The notes under the pieces: generated by a model
Told to the model about the DNA's origin: nothing
The model's database searches: none
Seen by the model: the letters and a program-made list of their open reading frames with translations, nothing else
Assembly (NCBI GenBank): GCA_001791115.1
Contig: MGDZ01000043.1
Span: 2,572 to 35,172 of the forward strand
DNA from: Candidatus Uhrbacteria bacterium RIFCSPHIGHO2_02_FULL_57_19
Lineage (GTDB): Bacteria; Patescibacteriota; Patescibacteriia; 2-12-FULL-57-11
Direction of reading: 5' to 3'
DNA: 32,601 nt
Shown: positions 1-8,559 of the stretch, one piece after another
Layout: the number at the start of each line of letters is the position of its first letter
Numbering within the stretch: position 1 is the stretch's first letter
Position numbers and translations under genes: made by a program

Positions 1-40
1 GTGGGGAAACTCACCGCGAGTTCGAATCTCGCCCTCTCCG
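1..40 (+). tRNA. tRNA-Ser-like gene, 3' part only (window begins inside it)
   Basis: Long variable-arm hairpin gtggg-GAAA-ctcac, T arm gcgag-TTCGAAT-ctcgc (16-32), acceptor 3' strand cctctcc (33-39), discriminator G40. The anticodon lies outside the window. The Ser assignment rests on the class II variable arm plus a ggagagg/cctctcc-type acceptor. Confidence 0.5.
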
Positions 41-60
41 CTCTTGGTACGGGGCTTGGA

Positions 61-80
61 CCTGCCTGCCGGCAGGCAGG
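61..80. repeat. 20-nt perfect palindrome cctgcctgcc/ggcaggcagg (copy 1 of 4 in window)
   Basis: Read directly. The same 20-mer, or one-change variants, recurs at 16708-16727, 19207-19227 and 26538-26557. Confidence 0.9.
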
Positions 81-86
81 AAGCGC

Positions 87-128
87 GTATACCGCAAGGT
101 ATCGCGAGTTCGAATCTCGCCCTCTCCG
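87..128 (+). pseudogene. tRNA-Ser 3' fragment (variable arm + T arm + acceptor 3' strand), no 5' half
   Basis: 103-128 is identical to 15-40 (26 nt: cgcgagttcgaatctcgccctctccg). A different variable-arm hairpin atacc-gcaa-ggtat (89-102) precedes it. No ggagagg acceptor 5' strand, D arm or anticodon arm occurs in 41-86; the palindrome 61-80 sits there instead. Confidence 0.45.
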
Positions 129-160
129 TTCTGGGTGGATAATCAAAACGGGTCGCACCA

Positions 161-220
161 CCGCCTTTGGCGGGGTCCCGTCGTAGGCGGGATAGTGGCC
201 TAGCGCCCCGCCAAAGGCGG
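161..220. repeat. 15-bp perfect inverted repeat ccgcctttggcgggg / ccccgccaaaggcgg with 30-nt spacer
   Basis: Arms at 161-175 and 206-220 are exact reverse complements. Each arm is also a small hairpin on its own (ccgcc-ttt-ggcgg). Lies between the tRNA-Ser fragments and the first CDS. Confidence 0.8.
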
Positions 221-270
221 GGTATACTGCGATTTCCTGTTTGCAGCCGGAAGCGTGAAATTGCAGTAGA

Positions 271-1899
271 ATGCGGGTTTTGCAGAGGTTCCGTATGTTC
301 AAAAAAATTTTAAAGTATGGCGTCATAATATTCTTAATTTTTATAGTGTTCAGCGCGATTGGAAAAAATATTTCAAAAAATGAAAGAACAGAAGACAAAA
401 CGTCCTATCCCGAATCATCAGAAAAACCTGTTCAATATCCAACGCAGTCAACGGGAATTATTATCGGGATAGAATACGCCGTCGAGGGACAGGACGCGTC
501 CGCCTTTGGAAAGCTGGGTATTCCGGCGATTAAACCGTTACCGGAAGCTATAAACTGGTCGAAAATGCAGCCAAAACTTGATGGACCGATTAATTACGAC
601 GTTGCCGACCAATTTGTCAGGGATTATCAAAATGCCGGATTTAGAGAACTGATAATGGGCTTGCGCGCGCTTTCTCATGCCGAAGACAACAAGGCGACAT
701 ACGGTAAGAATCGCCCGGTGCCAAAACCAGAATACGAAAACAAATACGCTGATTGGGTCAAGGGTTTTGTTGAACGTTACGACGGTGATGGGATCAGCGA
801 CATGCCCGGATTGAAATATCCGATACGCTATTACGAAATCGAGGTGGAATTTTCTTCATACACACCGGAGCCGGTTGACGAATATTTGAAAAAATTAGAA
901 ATCGCCTATAAGGCGGCTCATGAAGCGTATCCCGATGTGCTCATCGCTCACTCGGCGTTTCTTGCCTTGACTGCCTTTGATTCAAATCCGCTGGCAAACC
1001 AATATGAGAAAGCATTTGCCTCAATGTACATTCCGGACAAACACCACAATCTTACCGACATGCGCAAAGTGCTTGATCGTCCGGAATTGTTCGATCGCTT
1101 GAATTTTCACGAGCTTGGCGATCCGCTAATGATTGAGCGGACGGTGCGATGGCTAAAATATGAAACCGACCGGCGCGGCTATTCAAAGCCAATCATCATC
1201 AGTGACACTTCTCCCTCGCCGTTTGTGAGCTATGGTCGTGCTACTGGCTGCACTGGACTGTTTTTGGGAATCACTATTTGGCCGGCGAAAGAATCGGATC
1301 GCTGTCGAGTCGCTGATTACTTTAACAAAATTTTGGATAACGACGCGGCTACAGTTGCTTGGAAAAATTGGTTTATCGCCGGAGACATGGTTAAAAAAAC
1401 GATCATTGCCGCGGCCAGCGGCGTGGAGTTGATTGATACGGCATTTACCGGCGATCTGCCGATATTGAGCACCAGACTTGGATTTGCCGGCGCTGGAAAC
1501 GGTGGTTTTGCCGGCGTAGTTTCCGAGAAATATAATATTTTCACGAAAAAATACTCGGTAACCGAATATCGACCGGCATTTTTCGCCTTGCGCCAGCTTG
1601 CCCTGAAACTAGCGGGAACGCGCAGCATTGTTCGGGAGCAAAGCGATGATGACGTGCGATTATACAAATTAGAAAATTCAAGTGGAAAGTTTTGGATCGG
1701 CTGGATTCATCCTGATTATCTGGTTTTGCCCGGCGATCCTGATCCAAATAAATCAGTTTCCTTAAACCTTCCGTCAGGAGCGAAAGTAATCAGCATGGCA
1801 ACGGCAGAAACGGCGGAAGATGTTTCAGTTATTGATTCGATCAACGGAAAAGTGAGCATTAATTTAACAATGACGCCGGTTTATATCTTTAAGCAGTAA
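271..1899 (+). CDS. hypothetical membrane-anchored/secreted protein, possibly glycosidase-like TIM barrel
   Basis: 542-aa ORF with an N-terminal hydrophobic helix (ILKYGVIIFLIFIVFSAIG). An alternative ATG at 295 is preceded by agagg. AT-rich relative to dnaG/rpoD. No motif I can name with confidence, so the function is a guess. Confidence 0.6.
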   Translation: MRVLQRFRMFKKILKYGVIIFLIFIVFSAIGKNISKNERTEDKTSYPESSEKPVQYPTQSTGIIIGIEYAVEGQDASAFGKLGIPAIKPLPEAINWSKMQPKLDGPINYDVADQFVRDYQNAGFRELIMGLRALSHAEDNKATYGKNRPVPKPEYENKYADWVKGFVERYDGDGISDMPGLKYPIRYYEIEVEFSSYTPEPVDEYLKKLEIAYKAAHEAYPDVLIAHSAFLALTAFDSNPLANQYEKAFASMYIPDKHHNLTDMRKVLDRPELFDRLNFHELGDPLMIERTVRWLKYETDRRGYSKPIIISDTSPSPFVSYGRATGCTGLFLGITIWPAKESDRCRVADYFNKILDNDAATVAWKNWFIAGDMVKKTIIAAASGVELIDTAFTGDLPILSTRLGFAGAGNGGFAGVVSEKYNIFTKKYSVTEYRPAFFALRQLALKLAGTRSIVREQSDDDVRLYKLENSSGKFWIGWIHPDYLVLPGDPDPNKSVSLNLPSGAKVISMATAETAEDVSVIDSINGKVSINLTMTPVYIFKQ

Positions 1900-1932
1900 A
1901 CCTGACAAATAATCCAATTTATCGTATTATTT

Positions 1933-1951
1933 AGTTCGAACCTCTCCTTCT
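1933..1951 (+). repeat. degenerate copy of the tRNA-Ser 3' end (agttcgaa-cctctcc-ttct)
   Basis: Matches agttcgaa[tctcgc]cctctcc[g]ttct of 107-132 if a 6-nt and a 1-nt deletion are allowed. Sits in the spacer after the first CDS. Confidence 0.3.
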
Positions 1952-1969
1952 CACCAGGAATTAATCGCG

Positions 1970-2842
1970 ATGAATGAAATTGAAAAGATGGCGGAAGACA
2001 TAAAGGCCAAACCATCTTGGTATAAGGATCTTAAATGGGTCTTTGGTTTAGTATTTTTCTTCTCGTTCGGGCTGACACAACTGGCTTATAATTTTGTTTG
2101 GATTACCGAGGAGGAGCGGGCTATTGAAGTCAACGCCGCGTTGATGGCCGCATCACTAAGTCGCGGGGGATTAGATGATACTAGCGACATCGAGGAGGTG
2201 CGCCGAATGCTGGTCCAATCGGGTGAGGACAGATTCCAGCCGATCCCCGGGGTTGATTTGTTTGTCACCAAAGATGAAATTGACGCAGTTTTAAAGTCTT
2301 CATCGCCGCGCCAGGCACGAATTGATTTTTTCAAAAACTTCAGCCGTCCGCTGTACAAGGAAGGAGCCGAGGGGCTGGCCAGTTTGAGCGACGATCCAAA
2401 ACTCAAACAACAGATTCTTGAGGGCGCCGGCCCGCTGGCTGTATTGTCTTATCGAAACCACCTGCTGGCCCGGAAGATTTTTGCAGTTTTGGCCGTGGTC
2501 TCAGCGATATCCCTGTTCTTCCTGGTTTTTTTCTCTCGTCGATTTGGACGCTTATCTGTCCCGGGCGTGATAATTTTAATTTCAACCCTGCCCTGGTTTG
2601 CGTTGACCGCCTTGCTTTCGTTTGGCTTCGCGAAAAAAGTAACTGAAGCCAAACCGATCTCTGAAGAGACCGAATCGATGAACGTGGTCATGAACGTCGC
2701 TGCCAATGTCTTGGCCGACCCTATGAAAACAATCAGCGGGAGATATCTGGCGGTTACTTTAGTTGGTATCGGACTGATTGCTATGGCTATATTCGGACGC
2801 GCTACGCTAGCCATTGTCAGAAAGATTAGGCGAACGCCATAA
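1970..2842 (+). CDS. hypothetical multi-pass membrane protein
   Basis: 290-aa ATG ORF with several hydrophobic segments (WVFGLVFFFSFGL, IFAVLAVVSAISLFFLVFF, VIILISTLPWFALTALLSFGF, AVTLVGIGLIAMAIF). Confidence 0.6.
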   Translation: MNEIEKMAEDIKAKPSWYKDLKWVFGLVFFFSFGLTQLAYNFVWITEEERAIEVNAALMAASLSRGGLDDTSDIEEVRRMLVQSGEDRFQPIPGVDLFVTKDEIDAVLKSSSPRQARIDFFKNFSRPLYKEGAEGLASLSDDPKLKQQILEGAGPLAVLSYRNHLLARKIFAVLAVVSAISLFFLVFFSRRFGRLSVPGVIILISTLPWFALTALLSFGFAKKVTEAKPISEETESMNVVMNVAANVLADPMKTISGRYLAVTLVGIGLIAMAIFGRATLAIVRKIRRTP

Positions 2843-3152
2843 TTTTGTGGACCCGAAATTCGTCAAGCTACTCTTGGGTGTCGTAACTGTCGCCGTAACG
2901 ATAGTCGGAATTCTGGCCATTGGATGGATTTTGTTAGTTACTCCTCGTCCCTGCGTTCAGTTCACCGCCTACGGCTACGACACCAATCGGTGCGCGCGCG
3001 AGGAACAGTGTTACGAACACACCGACCAATCCAGGGTTCAATGTTACGCGGCGGTAGCGGCCAAACGCAAAGATCAAAAAATCTGCGACAACCTCCTACT
3101 CATCCGGGACCGCAAGAAATGCCGGCAAAAGGCTTCGGAAATTTATCCATAA
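2814..3152 (+). CDS. small membrane-anchored Cys-rich hypothetical protein
   Basis: The ORF begins with TTG at 2814. An in-frame GTG at 2847, directly after the upstream stop, is an equally plausible start. One TM helix (LLLGVVTVAVTIVGILAIGWILLV) followed by a Cys-rich tail. Confidence 0.45.
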   Translation: MSERLGERHNFVDPKFVKLLLGVVTVAVTIVGILAIGWILLVTPRPCVQFTAYGYDTNRCAREEQCYEHTDQSRVQCYAAVAAKRKDQKICDNLLLIRDRKKCRQKASEIYP

Positions 3153-3154
3153 AA

Positions 3155-3526
3155 ATGGACATCACTGTAGAAAACATGGGAGGATTGCAGGCGCGGACGC
3201 TTATCCGCCGCGCCGGTTACGCCGAACATGTTGATCGTCGAAGCGGGGAGACTTCATACGTTCGCCGTCTGTCTCCGTCCGGATTTTATCCTCGATTTCA
3301 CGCCTATCTGCATCCGCGTGAGGATGGATCGCTCATGATTCGTCTGCACATCGACCAAAAACAGCCCTCTTACGGCGTCGGCCATGCTCATAGCGGAGAG
3401 TACGACGGCCCGCTTCTTGAAGGCGAGAAAGTCAGAATAATGGAATTCATTAATAAAGAAATCGCTGCTGCCAAAGAATCAAAAAAAGAAGACGTTGGTT
3501 TTTTTAAAAGACTTTTTAAACATTAA
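3155..3526 (+). CDS. hypothetical protein (123 aa)
   Basis: In-frame ATG at 3155 within track ORF 2924-3526. The upstream part of that ORF overlaps the 2814 ORF in another frame. Soluble, His-rich motifs (PRFHAYLHP, LHIDQK, GHAHSGEYDG). Family not recognised. Confidence 0.55.
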   Translation: MDITVENMGGLQARTLIRRAGYAEHVDRRSGETSYVRRLSPSGFYPRFHAYLHPREDGSLMIRLHIDQKQPSYGVGHAHSGEYDGPLLEGEKVRIMEFINKEIAAAKESKKEDVGFFKRLFKH

Positions 3527-3534
3527 CAATCATG

Positions 3535-3556
3535 GGCCTATTCGTACGAATAGGCC
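3535..3556. terminator. 22-nt perfect palindrome ggcctattcgta/tacgaataggcc
   Basis: Lies 9 nt after the stop at 3526 and just before the next start. No T tract follows, so the terminator function is tentative. Confidence 0.4.
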
Positions 3557-3562
3557 TAATCA

Positions 3563-4372
3563 ATGTTGTTTATGAAGAAGCTGATCACTCATGTAAGACC
3601 TCATTTGGATGACATTTGCGGCATGTGGCTTTTGAAAAAATATGTCCCCGCGTTTCGTACTGCAGGGTTGTCATTTGTGTCGGCGACAATGAAAGATCCT
3701 GGAGACCCGAACCGCGTATTCGTCGGACTCGGACGGCGGCGGTTCGATGAACACAAAGGCGACATAGGCGAATCCGCCGCGTCACTAGTGTGGATATTTG
3801 TCCGTCCCAAGGTGAAGGATCGCGTCACTCGCGCCGCGCTTGACAGGTTGGTACTCTGGGTGCGAGATGAGGACAGGGGGATGCATGATCTTGAGCCGAA
3901 TCAGGAGCTCCTTCCGACGACCCAGATCAGGGCGTACTTTGATCGGCACGGCAGAAACTCTGCAACACTGGCTTCGTTCGGCTTTGAACTCCTTGAGGGA
4001 ATGTATTCGTCTTTTGAGAATTCCGTTCGGCTTGATCAGGCGTGGAAGAAACGGAAGGAGTTCAGAACCAGGTGGGGGAGGGGCGTGGCGTTGAAGACAG
4101 CGGCATCGGATGTCGATCAATACTCCTACAAGAAGGGTGCGGTTCTCCTCGTGCTTCACGACACCAGGGCGGGATTCCGTCACTACCGGGCCAGCGCGAA
4201 AAGCAGGGTGAATCTCACATCCACCTACCGCCTGCTTCGCGAGATCGATCCCCGTGCCGACTGGTATCTCCATCACTCAAAGAAACTCCTCCTCTCCGGC
4301 AGCGACGTAGCGCCTGACACAAGCATTTCAAAACTGCCGCTCCGTCGACTGATTGATTTGGTACGCGCATAG
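3563..4372 (+). CDS. hypothetical protein, weak resemblance to MYG1/UPF0160-type metal-dependent hydrolases
   Basis: 269-aa ORF. The N-terminal ITHVRPHLDDICGMWLL resembles the THxxxxHxDE motif of that family. I see no other support. Confidence 0.5.
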   Translation: MLFMKKLITHVRPHLDDICGMWLLKKYVPAFRTAGLSFVSATMKDPGDPNRVFVGLGRRRFDEHKGDIGESAASLVWIFVRPKVKDRVTRAALDRLVLWVRDEDRGMHDLEPNQELLPTTQIRAYFDRHGRNSATLASFGFELLEGMYSSFENSVRLDQAWKKRKEFRTRWGRGVALKTAASDVDQYSYKKGAVLLVLHDTRAGFRHYRASAKSRVNLTSTYRLLREIDPRADWYLHHSKKLLLSGSDVAPDTSISKLPLRRLIDLVRA

Positions 4373-4373
4373 T

Positions 4374-4438
4374 GTCATCCTCGCGAACGCGGGGATCCAG
4401 ACTATTTTCGTCTGGATTCCCGTTTCCACGGGAATGAC
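4374..4438. repeat. composite imperfect inverted repeat (27-nt arms, 11-nt spacer)
   Basis: Left arm gtcatcctcgcgaacgcggggatccag (4374-4400). Right arm ctggattcccgtttccacgggaatgac (4412-4438). Arms match 20/27 as reverse complements and each arm also folds on itself. Fills the spacer before dnaG. Confidence 0.75.
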
Positions 4439-4446
4439 ACAGGATT

Positions 4447-6203
4447 ATGCCCGGCGACGCTGACAAGGTGAAGGAACGGCTCGATCTCGTGGAGCTTATC
4501 GGCGAGTACATTCAGCTCCTGCGCGCCGGTTCCGCGAATTTCAAGACGCGGTGTCCGTTTCACAACGAAAAGACGCCGTCTTTTTACGTTTCAAAAGAAC
4601 GGCAGATGTGGCACTGCTTTGGCTGCGGCGAAGGCGGAGATCATTTCACCTTTGTTCAAAAAATGGAGGGCATGGATTTTCCCGAGGCCCTGAAACTTCT
4701 CGCGGGCAAGGCGGGAATCGAACTCGAGCGCTACGATGCCAAACTCGAATCCGAGAGGACGCGACTGTTGGGTCTTCTTGATCTGGCCGCGAAATTTTAT
4801 GAAAAGGTTCTGCTGGAACATCCGGGGGCGCAAATCGCTCGCGACTACGTAAAAACAAGAGAGATTCCCGAAACCACAGCGCGAGCTTTCCGACTGGGAT
4901 TCGCCCTTGATTCTTGGGATTCGCTTTCAACATTCCTTTCCGGACGCGGCCACACCCAAGATGAAATTCTGCGCGCTGGATTGGCCAGCCGACGCGAAGG
5001 GGCGCGGGGAATCTATGACCGGTTTCGCGGCCGCTTGATGTTTCCCATATCCAATGTCCACGGGCACATTGTCGGCTTTACCGGTCGGGTGCTGGATCCC
5101 AACGCAAAAGAAGCCAAATACGTCAACTCTCCGGAGACCGCGCTCTACAAGAAAGGAGCCATCCTTTATGCCCTGGATCGCGCCAGACAAGCGATCAAGC
5201 GCGCCGGATACGTTATTGTCGTCGAAGGCAACATGGACGCCGTCTCCTGCCACAAAATCGGCATGGAGCAAACCGTGGCTTCTTCCGGAACCGCGCTCAC
5301 TAGAGATCAACTTAATTTATTAAAGCGCTTCACGTCGAATATCCTTATCTCTTTTGACGCCGATATGGCCGGAGAGTCGGCGGCCAAACGGGGGATTGAT
5401 TTGGCGCTGTCCGAGGGATTTTCCGTGAAGATTATTCGTTTGCCATCAGGCGTCGGCAAAGATCCCGATGACTGTATCCGAACCAATCCCGAGGTCTGGA
5501 AGAAGGCGGTGGGGGGCGCGGTTTCCATCATGGAATATCTTTTCGAGATCATTCCTGCCGGAAAGGATTTGTCCACCGCGGAAGGAAAAAAAGATGTTGG
5601 AAACGCGCTTTTGCGGGAGATCATTAAACTTCCTGATCAAATCGAACAGACCCACTGGCTTGGGCGGCTGGCTTCAATGATTCAGGTGCCAGAGTCGGTC
5701 TTGCGTGAGCGACTGCCGAGCGGAAAGGAAAAGCCGGAAAGGCGGGAAGATCCTTCTCGGGCGCCGGCCGTCACGAGCAGAAGCCAGCGGTTGTTTGAAG
5801 GTTTTATTTCTCTTTTGCTTACTTTTCCCGAGCACGCGCCAGCGGCCATCGAGTTAGTTAGACCGGAAATGCTTCCCGATGAGGAAATCAGACGGTTGTA
5901 TACCCACCTGATTATACGCTATACTGGTGTCTCCGGTCGCGCTTATGCCGGCGATTTTGGGCTTGAAATCGAGTTGTCACCGCTGGAGCGGCGTCTGTTG
6001 CTGCAAGGGGAGCGGGATTTTGAAGGGATGGCCCAGGCGGCCGAAAGCGAGATCCGAAAATATGCCAGGGAAGTGCGCCGTGATTTCATTGTTCGGGAAC
6101 TGGCTCGCTTGCAGTCGGACATGGCCGCGGCCGAACGCTCCGGCGACAGGGGACGCGCTGATGATTTGTCCAGAAAATATCACGAATTGATGCAAACGCA
6201 GTG

Positions 6204-6204
<1 letters not shown>
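4447..6204 (+). CDS. dnaG: DNA primase
   Basis: Zinc-ribbon [30 protein letters not shown], a TOPRIM region ([12 protein letters not shown] ... [13 protein letters not shown]) and the conserved position upstream of rpoD. Confidence 0.95.
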
Positions 6205-7433
<1,229 letters not shown>

Positions 7434-7464
7434 GTGGTCCCCTTTTGGGGTCACAAAAAGTGTT

Positions 7465-7503
7465 CGCTGTCGAAAGTTATCCACGCGGAATAACTTGACA
7501 GCG
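7465..7503 (+). terminator. stem-loop downstream of rpoD (cgctgtc-ga-aagttat ... ataacttgacagcg)
   Basis: A 14-bp stem with a 2-nt bulge and a 9-nt loop. No T tract follows, so the function is uncertain. Confidence 0.3.
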
Positions 7504-7555
7504 CGGGCGGCGGCCGTTACGCTTCTTCTTAGATCATTCAAATTGTCATCTCTAT

Positions 7556-7925
7556 TCCGGGGTAGCTCAGTGGTAGAGCAGTTGGCTGTGCCATTTTAGA
7601 AGCCACAAGCGCAGCCCTCGATGGAAACATCGGGGTGTCCTCGAGGTGAATTGCTGGAAGCCTACATCCCGAGTTTCAGAGGGACACGGTAATCAGCAGC
7701 CAAGCCTGCTCAGGTTTTTTTCGCGAAAAACTTGCGCAGGAAGGTTCAGAGACTAGGGCTTAGCCCGTACCCCCACACCTTTGGCATAAAAGGTGTGGGG
7801 GGAAGCGCCTCGCACCCAAGGTCTCCGGCAACGGAGAATCCGGGTGAAGATATAGTCCATGCCCCATGGAAACATGGGGGTACCGTGTAACCAATTGGTC
7901 GTGGGTTCGAATCCCACCCCCGGAG
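7556..7925 (+). tRNA. tRNA-Asn(GUU) interrupted by a group I intron in the anticodon loop
   Basis: Joining exon 1 (7556-7589, 34 nt) to exon 2 (7888-7925, 38 nt) gives a 72-nt cloverleaf: TCCGGGG TA GCTC AGTGGTA GAGC A GTTGG CTGTTAA CCAAT TGGTC GTGGG TTCGAAT CCCAC CCCCGGA G. U1-A72 and G73 fit bacterial tRNA-Asn. CCA is not encoded. Confidence 0.8.
7590..7887 (+). ncRNA. group I intron (IC3-like core), no internal ORF
   Basis: Exon 1 ends in U and pairs ggctgU (7584-7589) with Gcagcc (7611-7616), giving the U.G pair of P1. The intron ends in G (7887). Core strings cagaGACUAggg (7751-7755) and aagatatAGUC (7853-7857) can form P7. ccaagc is present. GAAA-capped hairpins lie at 7619-7632 and 7862-7879. 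These strings match my memory of the Azoarcus and Tetrahymena cores. Confidence 0.8.
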
Positions 7926-7926
7926 C

Positions 7927-7957
7927 AAAAAGATCCACCTACGCGTGGATCTTTTTG
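7927..7957 (+). terminator. intrinsic terminator after tRNA-Asn
   Basis: aaaaagatccac-ctacgc-gtggatcttttt. Confidence 0.7.
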
Positions 7958-8094
7958 CGTAGGGGAGCCCCGCAACTGCTTGCGGGGCGTGTGGGATGAG
8001 AAGGCCGGAGCCATGTCCGCCGAGCGATGCTGGCGAGGCGGACGGCGAGGCGCGGCCTGCGACCGAGGAGGCGGAAGCCGACGAGAGTTGTAGG

Positions 8095-8113
8095 CGAATC
8101 CCACCCCCGGAGC
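8095..8113 (+). repeat. direct repeat of tRNA-Asn 3' end (19/19 identical to 7908-7926)
   Basis: cgaatcccacccccggagc, read directly. Confidence 0.9.
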
Positions 8114-8114
8114 T

Positions 8115-8149
8115 GAAAAGCGGACTGCCTTCACGGTGGTCCGCTTTTC
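8115..8149 (+). terminator. hairpin following the repeat copy
   Basis: gaaaagcggac - 13-nt loop - gtccgcttttc. Same layout as the terminator behind the real tRNA. Confidence 0.55.
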
Positions 8150-8425
8150 AGTTTCAGGCAGAGTGGGATTCGAACGGGAAGGGGAGGGAGTCGAAACGGA
8201 GCGAGAACACAATTGTTTGTGCTCGAGCCGTTGAGACCAGCGAGGCGATGTTTTGATAGAACCGCCGAGCTGTCGGGAGTCTCCCGTGGCAGTTCGAGGG
8301 GCCGGAGAGCATACAACCCGCGTTGTGTGCGTGCCCCGAGAACGGGTTGAGCGATGTGCGATAGCACCGCGAGACCCTTCAACACTAAAACCGAGGGGTT
8401 TTAGAAGCGAGCGGAGCGAGCGCGT

Positions 8426-8447
8426 GAGATTCCCACGCCCGGAGCCA
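8426..8447 (+). repeat. diverged tRNA-Asn-like 3' end that carries an encoded CCA
   Basis: gagattcccacgcccggagCCA against tRNA cgaatcccacccccggagCAA. Lies about 110 nt upstream of the 8560 start. Confidence 0.6.
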
Positions 8448-8559
8448 TGAGTGGACGTGTGTGGCGCCCATATGCGTCTGACCAAAGACCCATCAGGAAA
8501 GTGTTGGTTTTTACAGGGGGCTGGTTATCAGTGTCATTTTCAGCTAAAATGTCTTCACT

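Noticed and set aside
41-128. Possibility that the second tRNA-Ser-like sequence is an intact gene
   Set aside because: No acceptor 5' strand (ggagagg), D arm or anticodon arm can be found in 41-86. Only the variable arm, T arm and acceptor 3' strand are present.
7586-7890. Alternative reading of the split tRNA as tRNA-Thr(UGU), with splice after CU and the 3' exon starting UGUAA
   Set aside because: That splice site gets no U.G-terminated P1 (the only nearby complement, agcc, would pair the splice-site U with A). U1-A72 with G73 also fits Asn better than Thr. Not fully excluded without a covariance model.
8150-8450. A hidden tRNA, tmRNA or other known RNA gene in the scar region (T-loop-like gggattcgaac, ...ggagCCA end)
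   Set aside because: The T-loop-like strings lack complementary stems, and no acceptor or D-arm partners are present. They look like decayed fragments.
7760-8485. 241-aa minus-strand ORF across the tRNA-Asn 3' exon and scar region
   Set aside because: It overlaps the tRNA exon and intron and the att-like repeats. The composition is R/S/P/G-rich and low-complexity, and there is no start context. Treated as a GC-driven artefact.
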